From an uncultured Enterobacteriaceae bacterium (GTDB taxonomy: Bacteria; Pseudomonadota; Gammaproteobacteria; Burkholderiales; SG8-39), in assembly GCA_964651335.1 (NCBI GenBank), contig CAZYVT010000007.1, forward strand, positions 24,893 through 88,892: a DNA stretch of 64,000 nt, given 5' to 3'. The translations under genes were made by a program, and so were the position numbers. Shown one piece after another: positions 1 to 10,392 of this stretch (position 1 is the stretch's first letter; each line of letters starts with the position of its first letter). The notes under the pieces are model-generated. The model did no database searches. It was not told the origin of the DNA and was given only the letters and a program-made list of their open reading frames with translations.

Positions 1-992
1 CCGAACATGTGCTCGCCGCGCCCGACGCAGGAGAAGTAGAGAGCGCCCTTTGGCGGCGCGGCAAGGCCCGCCCTGAGCTCCGCGAGAATGCGCGCCAGGT
101 CCTCGCGCGCGCTGGCCGCGTCGCGCTTGCAAAACAGGATCTCCGAATTCCGCTCTACGGCGTCGCCGATCGCGATCAGCTTTTTCCGCGGGTCGATCGC
201 GACCAGGTTGCGCACCAGGTAGTCTCCGCCCGCGCGCCGGTCGGCCTGTCCGGAGCCGGGGACGCTCAATCCAACATGGACGAACTGCGCGGCTCGCTCA
301 AGATCGCGCGCCAGCAATTCCCCCACGTCTTCGCGGAACACATCGAGGGCGGGACGCCCGTCCAGAGTGACGATCACGTTCGCGACGCACTCGGTCACGC
401 GATGGCGGGGAGTGCCCCCGCTCTCCGCCATTGCCTGCAGCGGGCTGCAGCCTTGAGTCAGCCGGGTCTTCACGCCGACCTCGGTGCTGAGAAGCACGCC
501 GGACAGCCCTCCCGAGATGACGTCCTTCGCCACCTGCACGCTGCGTCCGCGCGAGCTGGACAGGCCACCCACCAGGTAGCCGCTTTCGACCTTCGAAGAC
601 ATGTCGGCGATCAGTGCTGCAATGTCAGGCGTATTCGGGTCGGCGTGCACCACGGCGAAATGCGCCGCGCCGGGTGCGACGGGGGCGCGCGAGCGCCCCG
701 AAAATACATGGTATTGCCCCTTCTGCAGATCAGTCGCCATGAGGACCAGCGCCGGTTCGTCGAGATATTCGATCCCGGTCGCTAGGATCCCGACGCCGAC
801 CGTGCCTACCCAATCGACAATGCCGGTCCGGACGCGCAATTCGGCGACGATCCTCTCCGCGTGCGGCACCAGTGCGTCGGTGAAGTAGATGAAACCAAGC
901 CCAGTTCCCGCAGAACCAAGCTGCGCAACGCAGGCATCGACGCATTCCTGCCACGTCGCGCCCGACGCATGCGCGTAGCGGAAGCGGCTCAC
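1..992 (-). CDS. FIST-domain signal-transduction protein (C-terminal end leaves the window at the left edge)
   Basis: Own translation of the minus strand from GTG at 992 gives VSRFRYAHASGATWQECVDACVAQLG...GALYFSCVGRGEHMF, with no stop down to base 1. It has a FIST_C-like YFSCxGRG motif. A GTGA overlap joins it to the stop of the upstream gene (989-992). It is absent from the ORF track because it runs off the edge. Confidence 0.6.
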   Translation of the reverse strand, partial: MSRFRYAHASGATWQECVDACVAQLGSAGTGLGFIYFTDALVPHAERIVAELRVRTGIVDWVGTVGVGILATGIEYLDEPALVLMATDLQKGQYHVFSGRSRAPVAPGAAHFAVVHADPNTPDIAALIADMSSKVESGYLVGGLSSSRGRSVQVAKDVISGGLSGVLLSTEVGVKTRLTQGCSPLQAMAESGGTPRHRVTECVANVIVTLDGRPALDVFREDVGELLARDLERAAQFVHVGLSVPGSGQADRRAGGDYLVRNLVAIDPRKKLIAIGDAVERNSEILFCKRDAASAREDLARILAELRAGLAAPPKGALYFSCVGRGEHMF

Positions 993-1375
993 TTGCGGTT
1001 CTTCGGCTGCGCGGGCGGCTCTCCCGGCTTGGGCGCCGGCGCGCTTCCGCTCATCGCCTGCTGCAGGGCCGTCCAGGGCCAGAGCATCGGGTTCGGCTGC
1101 TGGGCGCCGGCCGAGGCCGCTTCCATTCCCGCTTCCGCGGTCGCCCGCATCGCCTGCAGCGCTGCCTTCTGTACCTCGAGCCCCTGAATCGCCATGCGCA
1201 GCATATTGAGGTTCATCGAAAGCCAGGCTTCGACCGCCCTCAGCTCGGCGACGCGCTTTTCAATCTCCTGTGGATCGAGCGTGGGCATTGCCATCCCCGG
1301 CACCGGAATGCCGAGCGGACTCCAGAGGCGGCGGAACATCTCGAACGGGTCCTGCGGGGTCTGGGAATCGGCCAT
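989..1375 (-). CDS. PhaM-family PHA-granule associated regulatory protein (putative)
   Basis: 128 aa. The core PTLDPQEIEKRVAELRAVEAWLSMNLNMLRMAIQGLEVQKAAL matches my memory of the betaproteobacterial PhaM-family N-domain. The tail is Pro/Ala/Lys-rich. Confidence 0.55.
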   Translation of the reverse strand: MADSQTPQDPFEMFRRLWSPLGIPVPGMAMPTLDPQEIEKRVAELRAVEAWLSMNLNMLRMAIQGLEVQKAALQAMRATAEAGMEAASAGAQQPNPMLWPWTALQQAMSGSAPAPKPGEPPAQPKNRK

Positions 1376-1378
1376 GGT

Positions 1379-2557
1379 TCATGTCTCCTCGAAAAAGGTT
1401 CGCACTTCCGCGGCGCGGCTCGTGGTGTCCTGGTAGCCGAGGTCGATCAGGGCGCGGCAGAACTCTCGCTCGAAAAGCAGGTAGCTCACCAGGTTGGAGC
1501 CGGCGCGGTTCAACGCGCCCGTGGGCCGCAGAACAAAGCGCACCATCGGCGGCAGCTCGTGCACAAAGCGCGCCGCGATCCGTTCGATCGGGTGCGAGGG
1601 CGAAATGAACAGCACTTTTACCGGGCGCAGCTCGATCTTGCGCAGCGCGAAAATTTCCGCCGGAACCACGGTCAGCGTACGGTTGATGCGCTCCAGCCGC
1701 TCGATGTCCACCATCAGGCTGTCGAGAAAGATGGAGTTGAGGGCGTGGCCCGCAATCTGCGCCAGCGAAGGATAGATGTTCGAGCGCGAGCGCGCCTCGT
1801 CTGCGCTCTGCCGGCCGGTACCGACGACCACGATCCGGTCCGCGCCGAGGTGCAGGGCCGGGCTCACCGGCGCGATCTGCCGCATCGAGCCATCGCCGAA
1901 GTACTCGCGATGCACCTTGACCGCCGGAAAAATGAAAGGCAGCGCCGAGGAGGCAAGCAGGTACTCGAGCTTGAGCGGCACCGCGGCGCCGATTCGCTGC
2001 TGGCGCTCCCAGCCTTCGAGCCCGGACACGCCCTGGAAGAACGCGACGCTCTGCCCCGAGGTGTATCCGGAGGCGGTCACGCTCACCGCGTACAGCGACC
2101 CGGCGTCAATGTTCTGCTGGATGCGGTCAAAGGGCAGGAATTTTTCCAGCATGCCCCGGAGCGGGGCGTTGTCCAGCAGGGAAATCGGATTCTGCCGCGA
2201 AATCCAGGAAAGAGCGCCAAGCCAGCGCAATCCCCTGCCCATGATGCTCGCGACGTCGGTGCGGTAGACCAGCTCGCACCGCATGTGCTCCCATACGTCG
2301 AGCAGGTTTCCCACTGCCTGCGTGAAATTGTCCGCGAAAACCGCCAGCGCCGCCGCATTGATGGCGCCCGCCGAGGTGCCGCACAGGATCGGAAACGGAT
2401 TTTTCGTCGGGTTGCCGAGGATGTCGCGCACGGCCTTGAGAACGCCGACCTGGTAAGCGGCACGCGCGCCGCCCCCGGTCAGCACCAGCCCGGCGCGGCC
2501 CTGCGCGGGGGTTACCGGAAACGGCGCCGCGGTGTTCGCGGCGGCATCGCTCGCCAT
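1379..2557 (-). CDS. patatin-like phospholipase family protein
   Basis: 392 aa with the oxyanion GGGARAAY motif and the nucleophile elbow GTSAGAINAA. A DGS(M) Asp motif lies later in the protein. Confidence 0.85.
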   Translation of the reverse strand: MASDAAANTAAPFPVTPAQGRAGLVLTGGGARAAYQVGVLKAVRDILGNPTKNPFPILCGTSAGAINAAALAVFADNFTQAVGNLLDVWEHMRCELVYRTDVASIMGRGLRWLGALSWISRQNPISLLDNAPLRGMLEKFLPFDRIQQNIDAGSLYAVSVTASGYTSGQSVAFFQGVSGLEGWERQQRIGAAVPLKLEYLLASSALPFIFPAVKVHREYFGDGSMRQIAPVSPALHLGADRIVVVGTGRQSADEARSRSNIYPSLAQIAGHALNSIFLDSLMVDIERLERINRTLTVVPAEIFALRKIELRPVKVLFISPSHPIERIAARFVHELPPMVRFVLRPTGALNRAGSNLVSYLLFEREFCRALIDLGYQDTTSRAAEVRTFFEET

Positions 2558-2570
2558 GCGGGGGTTCCGG

Positions 2571-4865
<2,295 letters not shown>

Positions 4866-4963
4866 CTCCGCTCCTTCCCTCGGATGCAAACCCGCTGCCG
4901 CCGTCCGTACGGGGCGTCGATTATAGCAATCCGTGCATCCGTATAATCGTCTGCACGATTGGC

Positions 4964-6127
4964 ATGGTCGAACGCATTCTGACGGCGCGGCGCGTGGCGG
5001 AGATCCAGCCTTTCGAGGTGATGGAGGTGATGGCGCGCGCGCACGCGCTCGAGGCGGCGGGAAAACACGTCGTGCACATGGAAATCGGCGAGCCGGATTT
5101 CACCGCACCCGCATCCGTGGTCGAGGCAGCGGTGAAGGCGTTGCGCGACGGCATCACCAGCTACACGCCGTCGCTCGGCATTGCTCCGCTGCGGGAGACG
5201 ATCGCTCGCTTCTACGGCGAGCGCTTCGGCGCCCTGGTCGCGCCGTCGCGCGTCGCAGTCACCGCGGGTGCGTCGGGCGGGCTGCTGCTTGCTCTTGCGC
5301 TCTACACCGAGCCCGGCGACGAATTTCTCGTGCCCGATCCAGGATATCCCGGTTACCGGCATTTCGTGCGCGCCTTCGAGGGCGTCGCAAAACCGGTTCA
5401 GGTCGACGCGGCGACGCAATTCCAGCCGACGCTGGACATGGTGCGCGGGGCGTGGGGACCGCGCACGCGCGGCCTGCTGCTCGGCTCGCCCGCGAACCCC
5501 ACCGGCACCGTGATCCCGGCGGGCGAGCTGCGCCGGATCGCCGAGTACGTGGCGCTGCAAGGCGGCATCCTGATCATGGACGAGATCTACCAGGGGCTGG
5601 TGTACGGATCGGAGCCATCGACCGTGATCGGCGCCCCCGGCGAGATCGTGGTGGTCAGCAGCTTTTCCAAGTACTTCTGCATGACCGGCTGGCGGCTCGG
5701 CTGGGTCGTGCTGCCGGAGGAGCGCGTGCGCGAATTCGAGAAGCTCGCGCAGCACTTCTTCATTTGCCCCGCGACGGTCGCGCAACACGCGGCGCTTGCG
5801 GCATTCAGGCCGGAGACCCTCCAGGTCCTCGAAGCGCGGCGCGCCGAGTTCGCGAGGCGACGTGATTTTCTGCTTCCCGCGATCGAACGCGCCGGGCTCG
5901 CCGTGCCCGCGCGGCCGCATGGCGCTTTCTACGTGTATGTCGACTGTTCGCGTTACGGGGACGCGAAACACTTTGCACTCTCGCTGCTGGAGCGCGAGGC
6001 GGTGGCCGCAACTCCAGGGACGGACTTCGGGCAGAATCGGACGCAACGCTTTGTCCGTTTCGCCTATACGCGCGGCATGGCAGACCTCGAGGAGGCCGCC
6101 GCGCGGCTGCAGCGCTTCTGCAACTAG
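4964..6127 (+). CDS. pyridoxal-phosphate dependent aminotransferase (class I/II, aspartate aminotransferase-like)
   Basis: 387 aa with GEPDF, the PxNPTG-like SPANPTGTV, the SFSKYFCMTGWRLGW PLP-lysine motif, and a C-terminal RFAY. Confidence 0.85.
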   Translation: MVERILTARRVAEIQPFEVMEVMARAHALEAAGKHVVHMEIGEPDFTAPASVVEAAVKALRDGITSYTPSLGIAPLRETIARFYGERFGALVAPSRVAVTAGASGGLLLALALYTEPGDEFLVPDPGYPGYRHFVRAFEGVAKPVQVDAATQFQPTLDMVRGAWGPRTRGLLLGSPANPTGTVIPAGELRRIAEYVALQGGILIMDEIYQGLVYGSEPSTVIGAPGEIVVVSSFSKYFCMTGWRLGWVVLPEERVREFEKLAQHFFICPATVAQHAALAAFRPETLQVLEARRAEFARRRDFLLPAIERAGLAVPARPHGAFYVYVDCSRYGDAKHFALSLLEREAVAATPGTDFGQNRTQRFVRFAYTRGMADLEEAAARLQRFCN

Positions 6128-6177
6128 AAACCCGCGGATTGTCCGGAACGTTTGCGGTGCGCTGGGCCGGGCACGGT

Positions 6178-6203
6178 CACGCCGCTGCGCGGCGTGGTTC
6201 TTT
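6178..6203 (+). terminator. possible intrinsic terminator after the aminotransferase gene
   Basis: Stem CACGCCG / CGGCGTG with a 5-nt loop, followed by GTTCTTT. It lies between convergent genes. Confidence 0.4.
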
Positions 6204-6900
6204 AGGTCGCAGCGCGCCGTGCGCGCGCGATCATCTGCCCCAGGCGGGCACGCTCCGCTAGAACCTTGCCCGAGTACTGCGAGGTGGGTTCGTCGAAGGC
6301 GCCGGCGTACATCTGGAGCGCGGTGTCGGTCTCGCCGAAGCGCCGCAGGTACTGACGCAGAATCTGCGTACCGATCCGGATATTGATCTCCGGGTCGAGC
6401 AGTGCCGTTTCCCCCCCGTGCTCGAACAGTTTGTCCTGATGATACTTCGGCACCACCTGCATCAGGCCTTTCGCGCCCAGGATGCTCTGGGCGACGGGGT
6501 TGAACTTGGATTCGACCGCCACCACCGCAAGGATCAGCAACGGATCGACCCGATGCTCGGCGCCCGCCCGGTACGCGCTGGAGACAACCGTCGCGATCGC
6601 CTCCTCGGCCACGCGATAGCGCCTGGAAATGAACTCCGCGACTGCGCGCTGCTCGCGGTCGCTCTCCCCTGCCGCAGGCCGGATCGGATCGGCACTGCCA
6701 CTCCGGACGGTCGGATCGTCCGCAATGTCCGGCGCCACGGATACCGCACCCCGCTGCAACAGGGTCTCCCGCGTGCCGGGGGCGGCGACCGCCAGCAGGG
6801 TCGCCAAGCCCACCAGGGCAAGCAACCCGCGCGCAAGCGAAAACACGCGCAGCGCCGCCGAGAATCTCGCGAATCGGACTGAACTGTACGGTGCTTCCAT
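6202..6900 (-). CDS. lytic transglycosylase (SLT domain) protein
   Basis: ESKFNPVAQSILGAKGLMQV catalytic-Glu motif and an N-terminal hydrophobic anchor. Start taken at ATG 6900, preceded by GGAGGTGCGAA. The track ORF starts at 6930. Confidence 0.8.
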   Translation of the reverse strand: MEAPYSSVRFARFSAALRVFSLARGLLALVGLATLLAVAAPGTRETLLQRGAVSVAPDIADDPTVRSGSADPIRPAAGESDREQRAVAEFISRRYRVAEEAIATVVSSAYRAGAEHRVDPLLILAVVAVESKFNPVAQSILGAKGLMQVVPKYHQDKLFEHGGETALLDPEINIRIGTQILRQYLRRFGETDTALQMYAGAFDEPTSQYSGKVLAERARLGQMIARARRAAT

Positions 6901-7366
6901 TTCGCACCTCCGCAAATCTGGCGCCGCCACTTGCGTCCACCGGCGCGTGCCTGTCCCTTTACCTTTAGAAAGACAGTGGGCACGGTGGTCCTGGGTTCAG
7001 GCCCTGCGAGTCTGCGACCCGGGCCTGGTGTGCGCCGTACCAGGAAAATGAATCCGCCCCCGGCCGGCACGTCAAATGCTGAAGTCTCAGCACCTGTTAT
7101 TGCGACGCAATCATTTAATTTTATTACATATTCGGCATATTTGTCAAATGCTTCCGAAAAACTTGGTGAGGCATGTTTGCGCATCGCGTCAAGCCAGTGT
7201 ACGACCTCGCGGCAGCATATCGGGCAACCCCGTGAGGACGCTACAATACGTCCCGTGGTTGAGACTCTCTCGACTCGTCGGATGAGTTGACAGAAGCCGC
7301 GGACCACCCCGAGTCAACCAGTGCGAGCTGATTGACCAGGGTGATCCGCTGAGCTTCAAAGGGCCC

Positions 7367-7390
7367 GGCGAGGGGCATTCGCCCCTCGCC
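7367..7390 (-). terminator. perfect 10-bp GC hairpin downstream of the histone-like gene
   Basis: GGCGAGGGGC-ATTC-GCCCCTCGCC lies 22 nt after the stop at 7412. The trailing U-tract is weak (TTTGAAG on the minus strand). Confidence 0.45.
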
Positions 7391-7411
7391 CCATTCCCGA
7401 TCGGTTCCCGG

Positions 7412-7720
7412 TTACGGCCGGGATCCGGTTGGAAACGGCCATGCGGCCGCTGGATTCAGCGCGGTTCTCGCGCCGGGGGTCGCAGCGGTAGACGGCGGAG
7501 ATACTGGAATCGCCGTCACGGGTGCCACAGGGCTGGCCTCAGATTTTGCGGGCTTTGCGGACGCCTTTTTCTTCTTCTTGGCTGGCTTCTTTTTCTTGGC
7601 GGCCTTTTTCCTGCCCGTTGCCTTTTTGGCTACCTTCTTCTTCGAGGATTTCTTCTTCTTAGATGCTTTCTTCTTCTTCTTTTTCTTTGCGGTTTTCTTG
7701 CCTTTTTTCTTCGTTGCCAT
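7412..7720 (-). CDS. lysine-rich histone H1-like / AlgP-like nucleoid protein
   Basis: 102 aa. The first ~55 residues are almost only K/A/S/T (MATKKKGKKTAKKKKKKKASKKKK...), and the C-terminal half is Pro/Ala-rich. A strong SD (AGGAGATCGCT) sits directly before the ATG. Confidence 0.7.
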   Translation of the reverse strand: MATKKKGKKTAKKKKKKKASKKKKSSKKKVAKKATGRKKAAKKKKPAKKKKKASAKPAKSEASPVAPVTAIPVSPPSTAATPGARTALNPAAAWPFPTGSRP

Positions 7721-7833
7721 AGCGATCTCCTATTGAGAGTTGCACAAGAAAGCCCGGCCCTGTCGGACCGGACTATTCAACCGCCCGCGGGGGTGAACTC
7801 CCGCGAACGGATTGAATTCTTCAGAATCGCGCA

Positions 7834-8082
7834 TCAGCCACCGCTTTTCGCGAGCAGATCCTGATAAAGGATGTCCGGGTCGAGCCGGATGCCGCCCTCC
7901 CAGGTCACTGTCGCCGTCGCCGGGTCGACGCGCACCTTCTCGAATTCGCGCACGTCGCGCCAGAGCTTGAAGGCGCCGATTTCGAGCAGATTGCCGAGGA
8001 ACACGCTGCCCTCCAGGCCGTCGTCGAACCGGATCCACAGCCTGTAGTCCTCTTCAGCCTTGCATGCGGTCACTCTGTGCAT
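7834..8082 (-). CDS. DUF2442 domain protein
   Basis: MHRVTACKAEEDYRLWIRFDDGLEGSVF...WEGGIRLDPDILY follows the typical DUF2442 pattern. ATG 8082 is preceded by GGAGA. Confidence 0.65.
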   Translation of the reverse strand: MHRVTACKAEEDYRLWIRFDDGLEGSVFLGNLLEIGAFKLWRDVREFEKVRVDPATATVTWEGGIRLDPDILYQDLLAKSGG

Positions 8083-8113
8083 ATTCGATTCTCCGGGCAA
8101 GATTGGCACCGAC

Positions 8114-8281
8114 TCAGTCCCAGCTCAGCGCGCCTCCGGTCTGATACTCGATCACCCGGGTCTCGAAGAAATTCCGTTTGATTTTGTAGTCGGCGTATCG
8201 GCCGCGTGGCGCGGCGTGGCGCTCAGGGACAGTGACGCTCAACGCCGCGTCATTCGTCACACTGTCCTGAGCAATCTGCAT
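8114..8281 (-). CDS. hypothetical small protein (55 aa)
   Basis: ORF MQIAQDSVTNDAALSV...YKIKRNFFETRVIEYQTGGALSWD sits immediately upstream of the DUF2442 gene. I recognise no family for it. Confidence 0.3.
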   Translation of the reverse strand: MQIAQDSVTNDAALSVTVPERHAAPRGRYADYKIKRNFFETRVIEYQTGGALSWD

Positions 8282-8345
8282 GCCTTCGTCTCCCCGCCCC
8301 TGTTCCCCCGCCGCGGCGCCTCCTCGGGCCGCCTCGACAGGAACC

Positions 8346-8357
8346 ACTATATATAGT
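8346..8357. promoter_or_regulatory. AT-only perfect palindrome ACTATATATAGT upstream of the small-ORF/DUF2442 pair
   Basis: A 12-nt perfect palindrome in an otherwise GC-rich region. It could be a -10 element or an operator. Confidence 0.3.
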
Positions 8358-8483
8358 ACCAAGATGTCACTTCGAAACTAAGTCTAGTACGCGCAATGTA
8401 CCCGCGGGGAAAACATTTTGCAAGCGGCCGCGCACGGCCGGGAACCACGCAGCGAATCGCGGCAGGCGGGAAACGCGCGTCGG

Positions 8484-9029
8484 TCAGCCCGTCGCGAGGG
8501 CGGCGAACAGACGCGGCCATTCAAACAGGCCGCCGGGATCGGTCTTGCGCCCCGGCGCGACGTCGCTGTGCGCCGCGACCTCGCGCAGCGGCAGCGCTAC
8601 GCGCAACGCGCGCACCAGGGCGGAGAGCTGCGAGTACTGCGCGTCGGCGAATCTGCGGTCTCCGGTTCCCTCGAGCTCGACTCCGACCGAAAAGTCGTTG
8701 CAACGATGGCGAGCGCGCCAGCAGGAGGCGCCGGCATGCCAGGCGCGTCGATGCACCGGCACGAACTGGATGAGCTCACCGCCGCGCCGCACAAGAAAGT
8801 GCGCCGATACGCGCAAGGAGCGCAGGTCGCCAAAGGCGTGGTGTGCCGTCGGATCGAGCCGGTTCGTGAACAACCGCTCGATCGCGTCGCCGCCGAACTC
8901 GCCTGGCGGCAGGCTGATCGCGTGGAGCACCAGAAGTGTCACCACCGCGCCGGGCGGACGGTCATCAAGGTTCGGCGATGCGACCTGCCTGGCGCAGGCG
9001 TGAAGGCCATCCAGACCGATCAACGTCAA
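8484..9029 (-). CDS. ampD: 1,6-anhydro-N-acetylmuramyl-L-alanine amidase
   Basis: 181 aa with VLHAISLPPGEFGG, HFLVRRGGELIQFVP, RAWHAGAS and NDFSVGVELEG. The start overlaps the pilR stop. Confidence 0.85.
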   Translation of the reverse strand: MTLIGLDGLHACARQVASPNLDDRPPGAVVTLLVLHAISLPPGEFGGDAIERLFTNRLDPTAHHAFGDLRSLRVSAHFLVRRGGELIQFVPVHRRAWHAGASCWRARHRCNDFSVGVELEGTGDRRFADAQYSQLSALVRALRVALPLREVAAHSDVAPGRKTDPGGLFEWPRLFAALATG

Positions 9030-10372
9030 GCGCCGGGTCCGCCGGATCCGGGCTCCCGGATGCCGAGGCGCTGCATGCGGTAGCGGAGCGCCCGAAACGT
9101 GATCCCGAGGATTTTTGCCGCCGCGGTACGGTTGAAGCCGGTCTTCGTCAGCGCATCCAGGATGGCCTTGCGTTCGACGCCGTCTATGAATTCCGGCAGT
9201 GATTCGCCTGGCTCCCGTCCCGCCTCGAGCAGTGGACCGAGGTTCAGATCCTCGGCCCCGATCTCGTCGCTGTTAGACAGGGCGAGCGCCCGTTCAAGAA
9301 TATTCTCCAGTTCCCGGATGTTGCCGGGAAACCCGTACCGCATCAGCTCGTCCACGGCGTCGCCGCCGAGCCGCGCCGCGCGCCGGTCGTTGAGCTGCGC
9401 CACCCGCGCGACGATTGCCGAGGCGATCAGCGGGATGTCCTCGCGGCACTCCCGGAGCGGCGGCATCTTCAGTTCGATGACGTTCAGGCGGTAGAACAGG
9501 TCCTGGCGGAACCGGCCGGCCGTGACCAGGGCCGCGAGGTTCTGGTGCGTCGCACAGATGATCCGCACATCGACCGGCTCCTCCTGCGTGGCGCCGACCT
9601 TGCGGACCCGCTTTTCCTGGATCGCGCGCAGCAGCTTCACCTGCATGGGCAGCGGCAGCTCGGCAACCTCGTCGAGAAACAGAGTTCCACCATTGGCCGC
9701 CTGGAAGAACCCGTCGCGGTCGCGCTCCGCACCGGTAAACGCACCCCTGCGGTAGCCGAAAAACTCGCTTTCCATCAGCTGTTCCGGAATCGCGCCGCAG
9801 TTGACCGGCACGAAGGGCCGGTCGCGGCGCGCGCCGTGCGTATGAATCAGGCGCGCCGCAAGCTCCTTGCCGCTGCCCGACTCGCCCGAGATGTAGACCG
9901 GCGCCTGGGTGCGCGCGAGCTTGGCGACGGTTTCGCGCACGGTCCTGAGCGGCGCGCTCTCGCCGAGAAGCGGCTGCGCGCCGCTCGCGGCATCGGCGCG
10001 CTCGGGAAGCGAAAGCGCCGATTTGACCAGCACGCGCAGCTGGTCGAGTCCGATCGGCTTGGACACATAGTCGAACGCGCCCGCCTTCAGCGCCGCGACC
10101 GCGTTCTCCGTGCTGCCATATGCGGTGATCACCGCGACCGGCAGATCGTGCCCCAGACCGGCGATGTGGCGAACCAGCTCGAGTCCCTCGCCGTCCGGCA
10201 GGCGCATGTCGGTGAGACAGAGGTCGAACTGCGCGTCTTTCAGCCGTTCCCGGGCCTCGCCGACCGTGCTCGCGGTATCGACCGCGAGGCCCATCTTGAC
10301 CAGCGTGAGCTCGAGCAGCTCGCGAATGTCGGGCTCGTCGTCGACGACCAGAACACGGCCCGAGCGCGCCAC
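9026..10372 (-). CDS. pilR: sigma-54 dependent response regulator PilR
   Basis: It aligns along its whole length with P. aeruginosa PilR as I remember it (VVDDEPDIRELLE.TL, CLTDMRLPDG, SGESGSGKEL, GAFTGA, ESEFFG, and a C-terminal Fis-type HTH). GTG start at 10372, 20 nt after the pilS stop. Confidence 0.85.
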   Translation of the reverse strand: MARSGRVLVVDDEPDIRELLELTLVKMGLAVDTASTVGEARERLKDAQFDLCLTDMRLPDGEGLELVRHIAGLGHDLPVAVITAYGSTENAVAALKAGAFDYVSKPIGLDQLRVLVKSALSLPERADAASGAQPLLGESAPLRTVRETVAKLARTQAPVYISGESGSGKELAARLIHTHGARRDRPFVPVNCGAIPEQLMESEFFGYRRGAFTGAERDRDGFFQAANGGTLFLDEVAELPLPMQVKLLRAIQEKRVRKVGATQEEPVDVRIICATHQNLAALVTAGRFRQDLFYRLNVIELKMPPLRECREDIPLIASAIVARVAQLNDRRAARLGGDAVDELMRYGFPGNIRELENILERALALSNSDEIGAEDLNLGPLLEAGREPGESLPEFIDGVERKAILDALTKTGFNRTAAAKILGITFRALRYRMQRLGIREPGSGGPGA

Positions 10373-10392
10373 CGCGGTTCGCTCGCCGCGCT

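Noticed and set aside
6534-7307. 257-aa minus-strand ORF spanning the SLT start and the AT-rich gap
   Set aside because: It overlaps the SLT gene in another frame and has Arg/Pro/Gly-rich composition and no recognisable motif. The part inside the AT-rich gap has no SD or conserved features that I can see.
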